Assembly (NCBI RefSeq): GCF_009914755.1
Contig: NC_060935.1
DNA length: 64,000 nucleotides
Strand: one strand, 5' to 3'
From: the human T2T-CHM13v2.0 reference genome, Homo sapiens
Shown: piece by piece, positions 1-14,600 of the stretch
Position numbering within the stretch: the first letter of the stretch is position 1
Layout of the letters: every line of letters starts with the position of its first letter
Translations under genes and position numbers: made by a program
The notes under the pieces: model-generated
What the model was told of the DNA's origin: nothing
What the model saw: only the letters and a program-made list of their open reading frames with translations
The model's database searches: none

Positions 1-2990
1 CGGCCTCTATGAGCTCCAAAAAGTCCATTTGCAGAATGGACAAAACCAGTGTTTGCAAACTGCTGAATCCACAGAAAGGTTTAACTCTGTGAGATTAATG
101 TGCACATCACAAAGCAGTTTCTCAGAAAGCTTCTTTCCATTTTTTATCTGAACATATGTCCTTTTTCACCATAGGCCTCAAAATACTCTCCGATGTCACT
201 TCACAGATTCTATGAAAACAGTGTTTCCACACTGCCCAATGAAAAGAAATGTTTAATTCTGTGAGAAGAAGACACACATCTGAAAGCACTTTCTCTGAAA
301 GCTTCTTTTTAGTTTTTTTTTCTGAAGATATTTGCTTTTTCACCATAGGCCTCAATACACTACTAAATATTCCTTTGTGGATTCTGCCAAAACAGTGTTT
401 CCAGACTGCTGAATGTAAAGAAAGGTATATCTCTGCATAGTGAATGGACACATCACAAAGTACTTTCTTGAAGAGCTTACTTCTGGTTTTTATTCTGAGA
501 TATTCTTTTTTTGGCCATTGACCTCAATGAGCTCCCAAATGCCCATTTGCAGAATGGAGAAAATCAGTGTTTGCAAACTGCTGAATGCACAGAAAAATTT
601 ATCTTTGTGGGATGAATACACACATCACAAAGCTGTTTTAAAGAAAGCTTCTTTCTGGTTTTTATCTGAAGATATTTCCTTTTTTCACCAGAGGCCTCAA
701 TGCACTCCCAAATATAACTTTGCTGATTCTACAAAAGCAATGTTCCAAACTGCTGAATGAAAACAAAGGTTTAACTCTCTGAGATGAATGTACACATCAC
801 AAGTTTCTCAGAAAGCTTCGTTCTAGTTTTTATCTGAAGTTATTTCCTTTTTCACAATAGGCCTCAATGCGCTATGAAATATCTCTTTGCAGATTCTGCG
901 AAAAGAGTGTTTCCAGACTGCTGAATGAAAAGAAAGGTTTATATCTGTGAGGTGAATGCACACTTCACAAAGTGGTTTCTCGGATAGCTTCCTTTCAGTT
1001 CTTATCCTGGGATATTTGCTGTTTCACCATTGGACTCAATGAGCCCCCAAATGTCCATTCATACAATTGACATAAACAGTCTTTGCAAATGACTGATTCC
1101 ACAGAATCGTTTAACTCTGTGAGATGAATGCACACATCATGAAGGAATTTCTCTGAAAGCTTCTTTCTAGTTTTGACCTGAAGATATTTCCTTTTTCACC
1201 CTAGACCTCAATGTGTTCACAGATATGCCCTCAGAGATACTACAAAAACAGTGTTTCCAAACTGTTGAAAGAAAAGAAAGGTTTAACTCTGCAAGATGAA
1301 TGCACACATCACAAAGCAGTTTCTCAGATAGCTTCCTTTTAGTTTTTTTCCAGGGATAGTTGCCTTTTTGCCATTGGCCTCAGTGAGCTCCCAAATATCC
1401 CTTCGTAGGTTCTACAACAGTGTTTCTAAACTGCTGAGTCCAAAGAAACGTTTTACTCTGTGAAATGAATGCCAACATCAGAAAGCAGTTTCTCAGAAAG
1501 CTTCTTTCGAGTTTTTATCTGAAGATATTTCCTGTTTCACCATGGGCCTCAATGCACTCCCTAATATAGCTGCACAGATTCTATAAAAACAGTCTTTCCA
1601 AACGGCTGGAAGAAGAGAATGGTTTAATTCTGTGAGATGAATGTACACATCACAAAGTGGTTTCTCAGAAAGTTTCTTTCTATTTTTTTAGAAGATACTT
1701 TCTTTTTCACCAGAGTCCTCAATGCTCTCCCAAATACACCTTCACAGATTCTACAAAAAAAGATTTTCCAAACTACTGAATAAAAAAATGATTTAACTCT
1801 GTGATATGAATGCACACATGACAAAGAAGGTTCTCAGATAGCTTCATTCTAGTTTTATCCAGGGATATTTGCTTTTTGGCCTTTGGCCTCAATGACCTCT
1901 CAAATATCCTTTGATAGAATGGATAAAAACTTTGGATTCCAAAGTGTGGAATCCAAAGAAAGGTTGAAATTTGTGAGATGAATGCACCCATCACAAAGCA
2001 GTTTCTCAGAAAGCTTCTTTGTACTTTTTATCTGAAGATAATTTTTTTCACCATAAGCCTCAAAGTGCTCTCAAATATCACTTCACAGATTCTACAAAAA
2101 CAGTGTTTTCAAACTGCTGAATGAAGAGAAAAGTAAACTTTGCAGATGAGTGCACACATCACAAAGCGGTTTCTCACAAGGCTTTCTTATAGTTTTTATC
2201 CTGGAATATTTGATTTTTCACCATTGGCCTCAATAGCTCCCAAATGATCATTTGCAGAATGGACAAAAGAAATGTTTCCCTACTACTGAATCAAAAGAAA
2301 GATTTCACTCTGAGAGCTGAATGCACACATTACATTGCAGTTTCTTAGAAAGCTTCTTTCTAGTTTTCATCTGAAGACATTTTCTTATTCACTGTAGGCC
2401 TCAATGCAAGCCCAAACATCCCTTTGCAGATTCTAGAAAAGCAGTGTTTCCAAACTGCTGAATGAAAAGTAAGGTTTAACTCTGTGAGATGAATGCACAC
2501 ATCACAAAGCAGTTTCCCAGAGAGATTCCTTCTAGTTTTTTTCCTGGGAAAATTTATTTTTTGCTGTTGGCCTCTTTTTTTTATGTTTTATTCTTTTTTT
2601 TATTATACTTTTAGTTTTAGGGTACATGTGCACATTGTGCAGGTTAGTTACATATGTATACATGTGCCATGCTGGTGCACTGCATCCACTAACTCGTCCT
2701 CAACGACCTCCCACATTTCCACTGGCAGAATGGACAAAAAGTGTTTTCATACTGCTGAAAGAAAACAAAGGTTTAAATCTGCCAGATGAATGCACACATC
2801 ACAATACGATTTCTCATATAGCTTAATTCTATGGTTTATAATGGGATATGCGTTTTCTTGCCTTGGCCTCAAAGAGCTTCCAAATTTCCATTTGCAGAAT
2901 GGACAAAATCCGTGTTTCCAAACTGCTAAATCAAAAGAAAGTTTTAATTCTTTGAGACGAATGCACTCATCACAAAGCAGTTTCTCAGAA
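1..2990 (-). repeat. Alpha satellite (ancient two-type/dimeric monomers), reverse orientation; interrupted by an L1 3' fragment
   Basis: Tandem ~172-bp units with AACTCTGTGAGATGAATGCACACATCACAAAGCAGTTTCTCAG; units ending ...TATCTGAAGATATTTCC alternate with ...TATCCTGGGATATT. Confidence 0.97.
2575..2698 (-). mobile_element. L1 extreme 3' end (~124 bp), L1PA2/L1PA3-like
   Basis: Poly-T followed by TATTATACTTTTAGTTTTAGGGTACATGTGCACATTGTGCAGGTTAGTTAC...CACTAACTCGTC; possible 4-bp TSD CCTC (2571-2574 / 2698-2701). Confidence 0.93.
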
Positions 2991-5900
2991 ACAGCAAAAA
3001 TCCCAGGATAAAAGCTTGAAAAAACCTATCTGTGAAACTGCTTTGTGATGTGATCATTCATCTTGTAGAATTAAGCTTTCTTTTCTTTCAGTAGTTCAGA
3101 AACACTGTTTTTGTAGAATCTGCAAAGGGCTATTTGGGAGCACATTGTGGCATAAGCTGGAAAAGAAGATATATTCAGATAAAATCTAGAAAGAATCTTT
3201 CTGAGAACCTGCTTTGTGATGTCTGCATTCAACTCAAAGAGGTAAAACTATCTTTTGATTCAGCAATTTGGAGACACTGTTTTTGTTCATTCTGTGAAAG
3301 TACATTTGGCAGCTCATTGTTGCCAATGGTGAAAAATTGAATATACCAGGATAAAAACTAGAATGAAGCTATCTGAGAAACCTCTTTGTGATGTGTGCAT
3401 TCATCTCACATAGTTAAATCTTCCTTTTGATTCAGTAGTTTGGAAACACTGTATTTGTCCATTCTGCACATGGACATTTTGGAGCCCATTGATGTTTAAT
3501 GCAAAAAGTGAATATCCCAGGATAAAAAAGAAGGAAGCTATCAGAGTAAAAGCTTAGAGACATGTGCCTTCATCTCACAAAGTGAAACCTTTCTTTTAAC
3601 TCAGCAGTTTTGAAACTCTGTTTTTGTCCATTCTGTGAGTAGACATTTGGGAGACCATTAATGCTTAGCATGAAAAAGCAGATATTCCGGGATAAAAATG
3701 ATAAGGAAGCCATCTGAGAAACAGTTTTGTCATGTGTGCATTCATCTCACCAAGTTAAAGCTTTCTTTTCATTCAGACGTTTGGAAACACTGTTTTTGTA
3801 GTATCTGAGAAGAAATATTTGGGAACGCATTGAGGGCTATGGTGAAAAACAAAATATCTTCAGTTAAAACTTGAAATAAGTAATGTGTGAAACTGCTTTG
3901 TTATGTGTGTTTTCATCTCAAAGAGTTACACTTTTCTTTTGTTTCAGCAGTTTGAAACACTCTTTTTGTAGGATCTGCCAAGGTATTTTTGGGATTGCAT
4001 TGAAGACTCTGGTAAAAAAGAAAATATCTTCCAATAAATAGTGGAAAGAAGCTTCCTCAGAAACTGCTTTGTGATGTGTGCATTCATCTCACTGAGTTAA
4101 AGCTTTGTTTTCATTCAGCAGTTTGGAAACACTGTTTATTTCCATTCTGCGAATAGACATTTCAGAGCTCATTGATTTAAATGGCAAAAAAGTGAATATC
4201 AAATGATAAAAACTACAAAGAATCTACCTGAAAAACCACTTTGTGATGTGTGCATTCATCTCACAGATTTCAAAGTTTCTTTTGATTCAGCAGTTTGGAA
4301 ACACTGTTTTTGTCCATTCTACCAATGAATATTTGGGAGCTCATTGAAGTCACTGCCCAAAAAAGTGAATATCCTAGGATAAAAACTAGATGGAAGCTAC
4401 CCGAGAAACCACTTTGTGATGTGTGCATTCATCTTGCAGAATTAAACCTTTGTTTTCATTCAGCAGTTCGTAAACAGTGTATTTGTGGAATCTGCAAAGG
4501 GATATTTGTGAACCACTAAGGTTTATGGTGAAAAATGAAATATCTTCAAGTAAAAATTAGAAAGAAGTCTTCTGATAAACTGCTTTGTGATGAGTGCATT
4601 CATCTCACAGAGATAAAACTTTCTTTGATTTGGTAGTTTGGAAACACTGTTTTTGTGCTTTCTGTGAATGGACAATTGGGAACTCATTGAGGACAATGGG
4701 GAAAAAGGGAATATCCCAAGATAAAAACTAGAAGGAAGGTATTTGAGAAACTGCTTTGTGATTTGTACATTCATCTCGCAGAGTTAAACCTTTCTTCTCA
4801 TTCTGCAGTTTGGAAACAACTTTTTTTGTAGAATCTGGAAAGGGAGATTTGGGAGCGCTTTTAGGCCTTTGTTGAAAAAGGAAGTACCTGCAGATAGAAA
4901 ATAGTAAGAAGATTTCTGAGAAACTGCTTTGTGACGTGTGCATTCAACTAACCAATTTAAAACTATTTTTGGATTCAGCAGTTTGGAAACACTGTTTTTG
5001 TCCATTCTGTAAATGGACATTTGGGAGCTCATGGAGGCCAATGGGAGAAAAGTGAATATTCCATGATAAGCCATCTGAGAAACTGCTTTGTGATGTGGGC
5101 ATTGATCTCGCATATTTAAGCCATTCTTTTCATTCAGCAGTTTGGAAACACTGTTTTTATAGAATCTGCCAAGGGATATTTGGGAGTGCATTGAGGCCTA
5201 TAGTGATAAAGGAAACATCTAATGATAAAAACTCACAGGAAGTTTTCTAAGAAACTGCTTTGAGATGTGCGCATTCATCTCAAAGAGTTATACACTTCTT
5301 TGGATTCATCAGGTTGGAAATACTGTTTTTGTTCATCCTCTGAGTGAACTTTTGGGAGCTCTTTGAGGCCAATTTCAAAAAAGTGTATAAAAAGTAGAAG
5401 GAAACTATCTGAGGAAATGCCTTATGATGAGTGCATTTATCTTCCAAGTTTACACTTTTCTTTATATTCAGCAGTTTGGAAACACTGTTTTTGTAGAATC
5501 TGCGAAGGGATATTTGGGAGTTCATTGAGGCCTATGGTGAAAAAGTAAATATCTTCATATAAAAACTAGCAAGAAGCATTCTCCCAAACTGCTTTGTGAT
5601 GTGTATTCATCTCACTGTGTTAAAACTTTCTTTGGATTCAGCAGTTTTTAAACACTGATATTGTCCATTCTGTGAATGGACATTTGGGAGCTGATTGAGG
5701 CCAATGGGGAAAAAGTGAATATCCCAGGATAAAAAGTAGAAGGAAGCTGTCTGAGAAACTGCTTTGTGATGTGTGTATTCATCTGGAAGAGTTAAACTTT
5801 CGTTCTCTTTCAGCTGTTTGGGAACAATTTTTTTGTAGTATCTGCGAAGGGCTATTGGGGAGCACTTTGGGGCCTATGGTGAAAAAGTGAATGCTTTCAG

Positions 5901-8662
5901 ATAAAAACTAGAAAGAAGCTTTATGAGAAACTGCTCTGTGTTGTTTGCATTTGTCTCACAGAATTAAAACTATCTTTGGATTCAGCAGTTTCAAACAGTG
6001 TTTTTGTCTGTTCTGTGAATGGACAGTTGGGAGCTCATTGAGGCCAATGGTGATAAAGTGAATATCCCAGTATAAAAACTAGAAGGAAGCTATCAGAGAA
6101 AATGCTTTCTGATGTGTGTATTCTACTCAAAGAGTTAAACCTTAGTTTTCTTTCAGCAGTTTGGAAACAATGTTTTTGCAGAATCTGAGAAGGTATGTTT
6201 AGAAGTGCATTGAAGCCTATGGCGAAAAAGGAAATATCTTGAGATAAAAACTAGAAAGGAGTTTTCTGAGAAACTGCATTCGGATGTTTGCACTCATCTC
6301 ACAGAGTTAAACTTTCTATGGATTCAACAGTTTGGAAACACAGTTTTTGTCTCTTCTGCGAATGAACATTTTGAAGCTCATTGAGGTTAATTGCGAAAAA
6401 GTGAATATCCCATGATAAAAACTACAAGGAAGCTATTTGAGAAATCGGTTTGTGTTGTGTGCCTTCATCTCACAGAGTTAAACTTGTCGTTTCATTCAGC
6501 CCTTTGGAAACTCTGTTTTTTAGAATGTATGAAGGAATATTTCAGAGGGCTTTGAGGCCAATTGTGCATAGGGAAATATCTTCAGATAAAAACGTCAGAA
6601 AAACTAGAAAGAAGCATTTGAGAAACAGCTTTGTAACGTTTCCACTCAACACACAGGGTTAAAACTCTCTTTGAATTTAGTAGTTTGGAGACACTTTGTT
6701 TGTAGTATCTGTGAAGCACTATTTGGGAGCTCTTTGAGGCCAAAGGAAAAAAAGTGAATATCCCAGGGTAAATACTAGAAGGAAGCTATCTGAGAAACCA
6801 CTTTGTGATGTGTGCATTCATCTCACAGACTTACTTGTCTTTTCATTCAGCAGTTTGGAAACACTGTTTTGAGAATCTGCAAAGGAATATTTGGGAGCAC
6901 TTTCAGGTCTATGGGAATAAAGGAAATATTTTCAGATAAAAATTAGAAAGAAGCTTTCTGAGAAACTGCTTTGTGATATGTGTATTCATCTCACAGTGTT
7001 AAAGCTTTCTTTTTATTCAGCAGTTTGGAAACTCTGTTTTTGTCCATTCTGTGAATGGACATTCGGAAGTTGATTGAGGCCAATGGCAAAAAAGTGAATA
7101 TCCTAGGATAAAAACAAGAAACAAGAGGAAGCTATATGAGAAAGTGCTTTGTGTTGTGTGCATTCATCTTGCACAGTTAAACCTTACTTTTCATTCAGCT
7201 GTTTGGAAACACTGTTTTCATAGAATCTGCGAAGGGATATTTGGGAGCACATAGAGGCCTATGGTGAAAAAAGAAATATCTTCAAATAAAAACTAGAAAG
7301 AATCTTTCTGACAAACTGCTTTGTGATGTGTGCATCCGTCTTACACAGTTAAACCTTTCTTTGGAATCAGTAGATTGGAAACACTGTTTTTGTAGAATCT
7401 GCAAAGGGGTTTGTTGTAGCTCTTTGAGGCCAATTGTGAAAAAGTGAATATCCCAAGATAAAAAGTAGAAGGAAGCTATCTGACAAACCACTTTGGATGT
7501 GTGAATTCATCTCTCAGAGTTAAACATTTCTCTTAATTCAGCAGTTTGGAAACTCATTTTGTAGAATCTGTGAAGGAACATATGGGAGTGCATTGAGGAC
7601 TAGGCTGAAAAAAGAAATATCTTCAGATAAAATCTAGAAAGAAGGGTTCTGAGAAACTGCTTTGTGATGTGTGCATTCATCTCACAGAGTTAAACCTTTC
7701 TTTGTATTCAGCATATTGGAAATGCTGTGTTTGTAAAATCTGCAAAGGGATATTTGGGAGCTCATTCATGATACAGGCGTAAAAAAATATCCCAGGCTAA
7801 AAACTACAAGGAAGCAATCTGAGAAACTGCTTTGTGATGTGTACATTGATCAATCGGAGTTAAACCTTCTCCTCATTCAGCAGTTTGGAAACACTGTTTT
7901 TGTAGGATCTCAGAAGGCATATTTGGGAGAGCATTGAGGCCTATGGTTAAAAAGGAAATACCTCCAGATAAAAATGAGAAAGAAGCTTTCTGAGAAATTG
8001 TTTTGTTGTATGTGCACTCATCTCACAGAGTTAAATCTTTCTTTGGATTCAGCATTTTTGGAAACACTGTTTTTCTCCATTTTGCAAATGGACATTTGGG
8101 ATCTAATTTAGGCCAAAGGCAAAAAAAGCGTGTATCCCAAGATAAAAATTAGAAGGAAGATATCTGACCAACTGCTTTGTGATGTGTGCATTCATCTCAC
8201 AGAGTTAAACTTTTCATTCAGCTTTTTGAAAAAAACTGTCTTGGTAGGAACTGCGAAGGGATATTTGGGAGTGCATTGAGGCCTAAGGTGAAAAAGCAAA
8301 TATCTTCAAATAAATTCTAGAAAGAAGTTTTCTTGGAAACTGCTTTTTGATGTGTGCATTCATCTCACACAGGTAAACTGTTCTATGGATTCAGCAGTTT
8401 GGAGACACTGTTTTGGTAGAATCTGTGAAGGGATATTTGGGAGTGCATTGAGGGTTGAGGTGTAAAAGGAAATGTCTTAAGATAAAAACTAGAAAGAAGG
8501 TTTCTGAGAAACAACCTTCTGATGTTTGCATTCATCTCACAGAGTTAAAACTTTCTCTGGATTCAGCAGTTTGGAAACGCTGTTTTTATCCATTCACGGA
8601 AGGGAAGATTTGGAGCTCATTGAGGAAAGTGGCAAAAAGGTGAATGTCCCAGGATAAAAACA
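2991..8662 (+). repeat. Alpha satellite, forward block
   Basis: TCTGAGAAACTGCTTTGTGATGTGTGCATTCATCTCACAGAG recurs every ~172 bp; strand flips at both ends. Confidence 0.97.
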
Positions 8663-11600
8663 AAATGAATGCACATATAACAAGGCAGTTTCTCAGATAG
8701 CTTTATTCTTCTTTTTATTTTGGGATATTGCTTATTCGCCATTGGCCTGAAGGAACTCCAAAAATGTCCGTTGGTAGAGTGGACAAAAACAGTGTTTCCA
8801 AGGTGCTGAATCCAAAGAAAGGTTTAAGTCTGTGCAATGAATGGACACATCACAAAGCTGTTTCTCAGAAAATTTCTTCCTAGTTTTTAATCTGAAGATA
8901 TTTCCTTTTTCACCATAAGCCTCAAAGTGCTCCCAAATATCCCTTTACAGATCCCACCAAAACAGTGTTTCCAAACTGCTGAATAAAAACAAAAGTTTAA
9001 CTCTGCATTTTGAATGCAAACATCACAAAGCTGTTTCTCGGAAAACTTCTTTCTAATTTTTATCTGAAGATGTTTCCTTTTTCACCATAAGCCTCAATGC
9101 ACTCCCAAATATCCCTTCACAGATTCTGCCAAAACAGTGTTTGCAGACAGCTGCATGAAAATAAAGATTTAACTCTGCGAGGTGAATGCACACATCACAG
9201 AACGATTTCAGAGAGCTGTCTTCCAAATTTATCCTGGGATATTTTCTTTTTCACCATTGGCCTCAATGAGCTCCCAAAATATCCATTTGCAGAACGGACA
9301 AAAGCAGTGTTTCCAAATAGCTGAATCCAAAGTAATGTTTACTTCTCTTAGGTGAATGTGCACATCACAAAGCCATTTCTGAGAAAGCTTCTTTCTAGTT
9401 TTTATCAGTAGATATTTCCTTTTTCACCATAGACCTCAATGCACTCCCAGATATCCCTTTGGATTCTACCAAAACAGAGTTTACAAACTGCTGAATGAAA
9501 AGAATGGTTTACCTCTGTGGGATGAATGCACACATCAAAAAGTGGTTTCTCAAAGAGCTTCCTTCTAGTTTATATCCTGGTATGTTCACTTTTTTGCCAT
9601 TGGCCTCAATGAGTTTCCAAATGTCTATTTTCAGAATGGACAAAACCAGTGTTTGCACACTGCTGAATTCACTGAAATATTTAACTCTGTGAGATGAATG
9701 CACACATAAAAGAAAACAATTCTCAGAAAGCTTCTTTCTAGTTTTTATCTGAAGATATTTCCCTTTTCACCTTAGGCCTCAAAGTGCTCTCAAATATAAC
9801 ATCACAGATTCTACAAAAACAGTGTAAACATAATGATAAATAAAAAGAATTTTTTAAAGCTTAGAGGTGAATGCACACATCTCAAAGCAGTTTCTCAGAT
9901 AACTTCCTTCTAGTTTTTTTTCCTAGGATATTCACTTTTTCGAATTTGGCCTCAATGAGCTCCCAAACATCCCTTCACAGATTCTACAACAACTGTTTTC
10001 CTAAACTGCTGCATCCACAGAAAGGTTAAACTCTGTCAGCTGAATGTACACATCACAAAGTAGTTTCTCAGAAATCTTTCTAGTTTCTATCTGAAGATAT
10101 TTCCTTTTTCACCCAAGGCTTCAATGTGCTCCAAAATATCCTTTTGTGGATTCTGCCAAAACAGTGTTTCCAGACTGCTGAATGACAGGAAAGATTTACA
10201 GCTGCGAGGTGAATGCACACATCACAAAGTGACTTCTTTATATCTTCCTTCTAGTTTTTATCCTGGGATATTCCCTTTTACTACATTGGCCTCAATGAGC
10301 TCCCAAATGTCCATTCACAGAATGGACAAAAACAGTGTTTGCAAACTCTTGAATCCACAGAAAGTTTTACCTCTGTGAGATGAATGCACACATCACAATG
10401 CAGTTTCTCAGAATGCTTCTTTTTAGTTTTTATCTGAAGATGTTTCCTTTTTCACTATTGGCCTCAATGTGCTCCAAATTATGACATCACAGATTCTACA
10501 AAAACAGTGTTTCCAAACTGCTGAATGAATGGAAATGTTTAACTCTGTGAGAAGAATGCACACATCACAAAGCTGTCTCTTAAATGGCTTCCTTCTCGTT
10601 TTTATCCTGGGATAATCACTTTTTCTCCCTTGGCCTCCATGAGCTCCCAAATATCCCTTCACAAATTCTACAAAAACAGTGGTTCCAAACTGCTGAATTA
10701 AAAGAAATGTTTAACTCTGTGAGGTGAATGCACACACACAAATCTGTTTCTCAAATAGCTTCCTTTTGGTTTTTATCCTGGAATATTTGCTTTTTCACCA
10801 TTGGCTGAAGCCAAATGAGCCCCCAAATATCCATTTGCAGAAAGGACAAAAAGAGTTTATGCAAACTGCTGCATCCACAGAAATGTTCATCTCAGTGAGA
10901 TGAATGCACACATCACAAAGCAGTTTCTCATTAAGTTTCTTTCTAGTTTATATCTGAAGGTATTTCCTTTTTCATCTTATGCCTCAATGTGATCCCAATT
11001 ATAACTTCACAGATACTACAAAAACAGTGTTTACAAACTGCTGAATGAAAGGAAGGGTTTATCTCTGAGAGATGAATCCACACATCACAAAGCAGTTTCT
11101 CAGATAGGTTCCTTCTAGTTCTTTTCTGGGGATATTTTCTTTTTCACCTTTGGCCTCAGTGAGCTCCCAAATATCCCTTCGCAAATTCCACAACAACAGT
11201 GTTTCCAAACTTCTGAATCCAAAGACATGTTTCACTCTGTCAGCTGAATGCATACATCACAATGTAGTTTATTGGAATGCTTCTTTCTAGTTTCTATGTG
11301 AATATATTTACTTTTTCACCCTAGACCTCAATGCACTCCCAAATATCCCATTGTGGATTCCCCCAAAACATTGTTTCCAGACTACTGAATGAAAACAAAG
11401 TTTATCTCTGCGAGGTACATGCACACGTCACAAAGCAGTTTCTGAGATATCTTCATTCCAGTTTTTATCCTCGGATATTCAGTTTTTCGCCACTGGCCTC
11501 AATGAGCTCCCAAATGTACACTCACAGAATGGACAAAAGCAGTGTTTGCAAACTGCTGAATCCAGAAAAATGTTTAACTTTGTGAGATGAATGGACACAT

Positions 11601-14600
11601 CACAAAGCAGTTTCTCAGAAAGCTTCTTTCTAGTTTCTGTCTGAAGATGTTTCCTTTTTCACCATAAGCTTCAGTGCGCTCCCAAATATCCCTTCACAGT
11701 TTCTATGAATACAGTTTTTGCAAATTGCTGAATGAAAAGAAAGGCTTAACTCTGTGAGATGAATGCTTACATCACAAAGCAGTTTCTCAGACGTCTTCCT
11801 TCTAGTTTTTATCTGGGGTATTCATTTTTTCACCATTGGCCTCAATGAGCTCCCAAATGTCCATTTGCAGAATGGACAAAAACGTGTTTCCAAACTGCTG
11901 AATCAAAAGAATGTTTTAACTCTGTTAGGGGAAAGCACACTTCTCAAAGCAGGTTCTTAGAAAACTTCTTTCTAGTTTTTAACTTCATATGTTAACTTTT
12001 TCACCTTAGGCCTCTATGCACTCCCAAATATCTCTTTGCAGATTCTACAAAAACAGTGTGTCCAAACTGCTGAATGGAAAGAAAGGTTTAACTCTGTGAG
12101 GTCAATGCACACATCACAAAGCACTTTCTCCAATAGCTTCTTTCTACTTTTTATCCTGGGATATTCGCTTTATCACCATTGGCCTAAGTGGGCTCCAACA
12201 TGTGCATTCGCAAAATGGACAAAAACTGTGTTTCCAAACTGCTGAATAAAAGAATGGTTTAACTCTGTGAGATGAATACACACATCACAAAGAAGATTCT
12301 CAGAAAAATTCTTTCTTTTTTATCTAAAATTTATTTTTCACCATTGGCGAGAATGCACCCCCAAATATTGCTTCGCAGATTCTACAAAATCAGTGCTTAG
12401 AACCTGCTGAAGGAAAAGTGAGGTTTAATTCTGTGAGATGAATGTGCACATCACAAAGCAGTTTTTCAGATACCTTCCTTCTAGTTTTTATTCCTGGATA
12501 TTCGGTTTTTTGCCAATGGCCTCAATAATCTCCTGAATGAATATTTGTAGAATGGACAAAAGCAGTGTTTCCAAACTGCTGAGTCAAAAGAAAGGTTTAA
12601 CTCTGTGAGATGAATGCACATATCACAATGTAGTTTCTCAAAAAGCTTCTATCTAGTTTTTATCTGAAGATATTTCCTTTTTCAACATAGTCCTCAAAGC
12701 ACTCCCAAATATACCTTTGCAGATTCTACAAAAATAGTGTTTTCAAACTACTGAAAGAAATCAAATTTTTAACTCTGTGAGATAAATGCACACATCACAA
12801 AGTGGTTTCTCCAGTAGCTTCCTAGTAGTTTTTTTCTTGGGATATTTGCTTTTATGTCATAGGCCTCAATGAGCTGCCAAATATCCTTTCACAGAATAGA
12901 CAATAAGAGTGTTTCCAGACAGCTGATTCCAAGAAAGGCTTAAATCTTTCTTGGAAAATGAAATGAAATGAATGAATGAAATGAATGCACACCTCCAAAG
13001 CAGTTTCTCAGAAAGCTTCTTACTTGTTTTTATCTGAAGATATTTTCCCTTTCAATGTAAGCCTCAATGCGCTCCCATATATCCCTTTGCAGATTCTACA
13101 AAAACAGAGTTTCCAAACTCCTGAATGAAAACAAAGGTTTTACTCTATGAGATGAATGCATACATCACAAAGCAGTTTATCAGAGAGCTTCCTTCTAGTT
13201 TTTATCCTGGGATATTTGTTTTTTTGCCATTGGTCTCAAAGATCTCCCAAATATCCACTCACAGAATGGACACAAACAGTGTTTCCAAACTGCTGAATCA
13301 TAAGACAGTTTTAACTCTGTGAGATGGTGGCACACATAACAAGGTTGTTACTAAGACAGCTTTCTTCCAGTTTTTATCCTGGGATATTAGCTTTTTGCCA
13401 TTGGCCTCAATAAGCTCCCAAATGTTCATTCACAGAATTGAGAAAAAAGGTGTTTCCAAAGTGTTGAATCAAAAGAAAACTTTAACCCTGTGAGAAGATT
13501 GTTCACACTGAAAGCAGTTTTTCAGAAAGCTTCTTTCTAGTTTTTATCTGAATATATTTTCTTTTTCACTCTAGGTCTCCATGTGCTCTCAAATATCCCT
13601 TTGCAGATTCTCCACAAACAGTTTTTCCAAACTGCTGAATGAAAAGGAAAGTTTAATTTTGAGAGATGAATGCTCACATCAAAAAGCAGTTATTCAGATA
13701 GCTTTCTTCTAATTTTTATCCTGGGAGATTCCATTTTTTGCCATTTGCCTCAATGAGCTCCTAAATGTCCATTTGCAGAATGGAAAAAAAAACAGTGTTT
13801 CCAAACTGCTGAATCAAAAGAAAGGTTTAACTCTGTGAGATGAATGCACACATCACAAAGCACTTTCTGAGAAAGCTTATTTTCACTTTTTATTGGAAGA
13901 TAATTTCTTTTTCACCATAGTCCTCAATGCACTCCCAAACATCCCTTTGCAAATTCTACAAAAAGAATGTTTCCAAATTGCTGAATCAAAAGAAAGGTTT
14001 AACTCGATGAGATGAAGGCACATATTTCAAAGTGGTTTCTCAGATTGCTTCCTTATACTTTTTATCCTGGAATATTTGCTTTTTCACCCTTGGCATTGAT
14101 GATCTCCAAAATGTCCATTGGCAGAACGGACAAAAAAGGACTTTCAAAACTGCTGAATTAAAAGAAAGGATTGGCTCTGTGAGATGAAGGCACATCTCAC
14201 AAAGCTTTTACTCAGATAGCTTCCTTCTTTTTAATCCTTGGATATTCACTTTTTGCATTAAACCTCAATGCACTCCCGAATGTCCATGTGCAGAATGGAC
14301 AAACACAGTGTTTCCAAACTGCTGAATCAAAAGGAAGGTTTAACTATGTGAGACAAATACCACATCACAAAGAGGTTCCTCAGATAGATTCCTTCTAGAT
14401 TTTATCCTGGTATATTCGATTTTTTGCCTTTGGCCTAAATGATTTGCCAAAAGTCCTTTTGCAGAATGAATAAAAACAGTGTTTCCAAGTTGCTGAATCA
14501 AAAGAAACCTTTAACCCTTTGAGATGAATACAAACATCATAAAGCAGTTTCTCAGAAAGATTCTTTCTAGTTTTTATCTGAAGATATTTTCTTTTTCACC

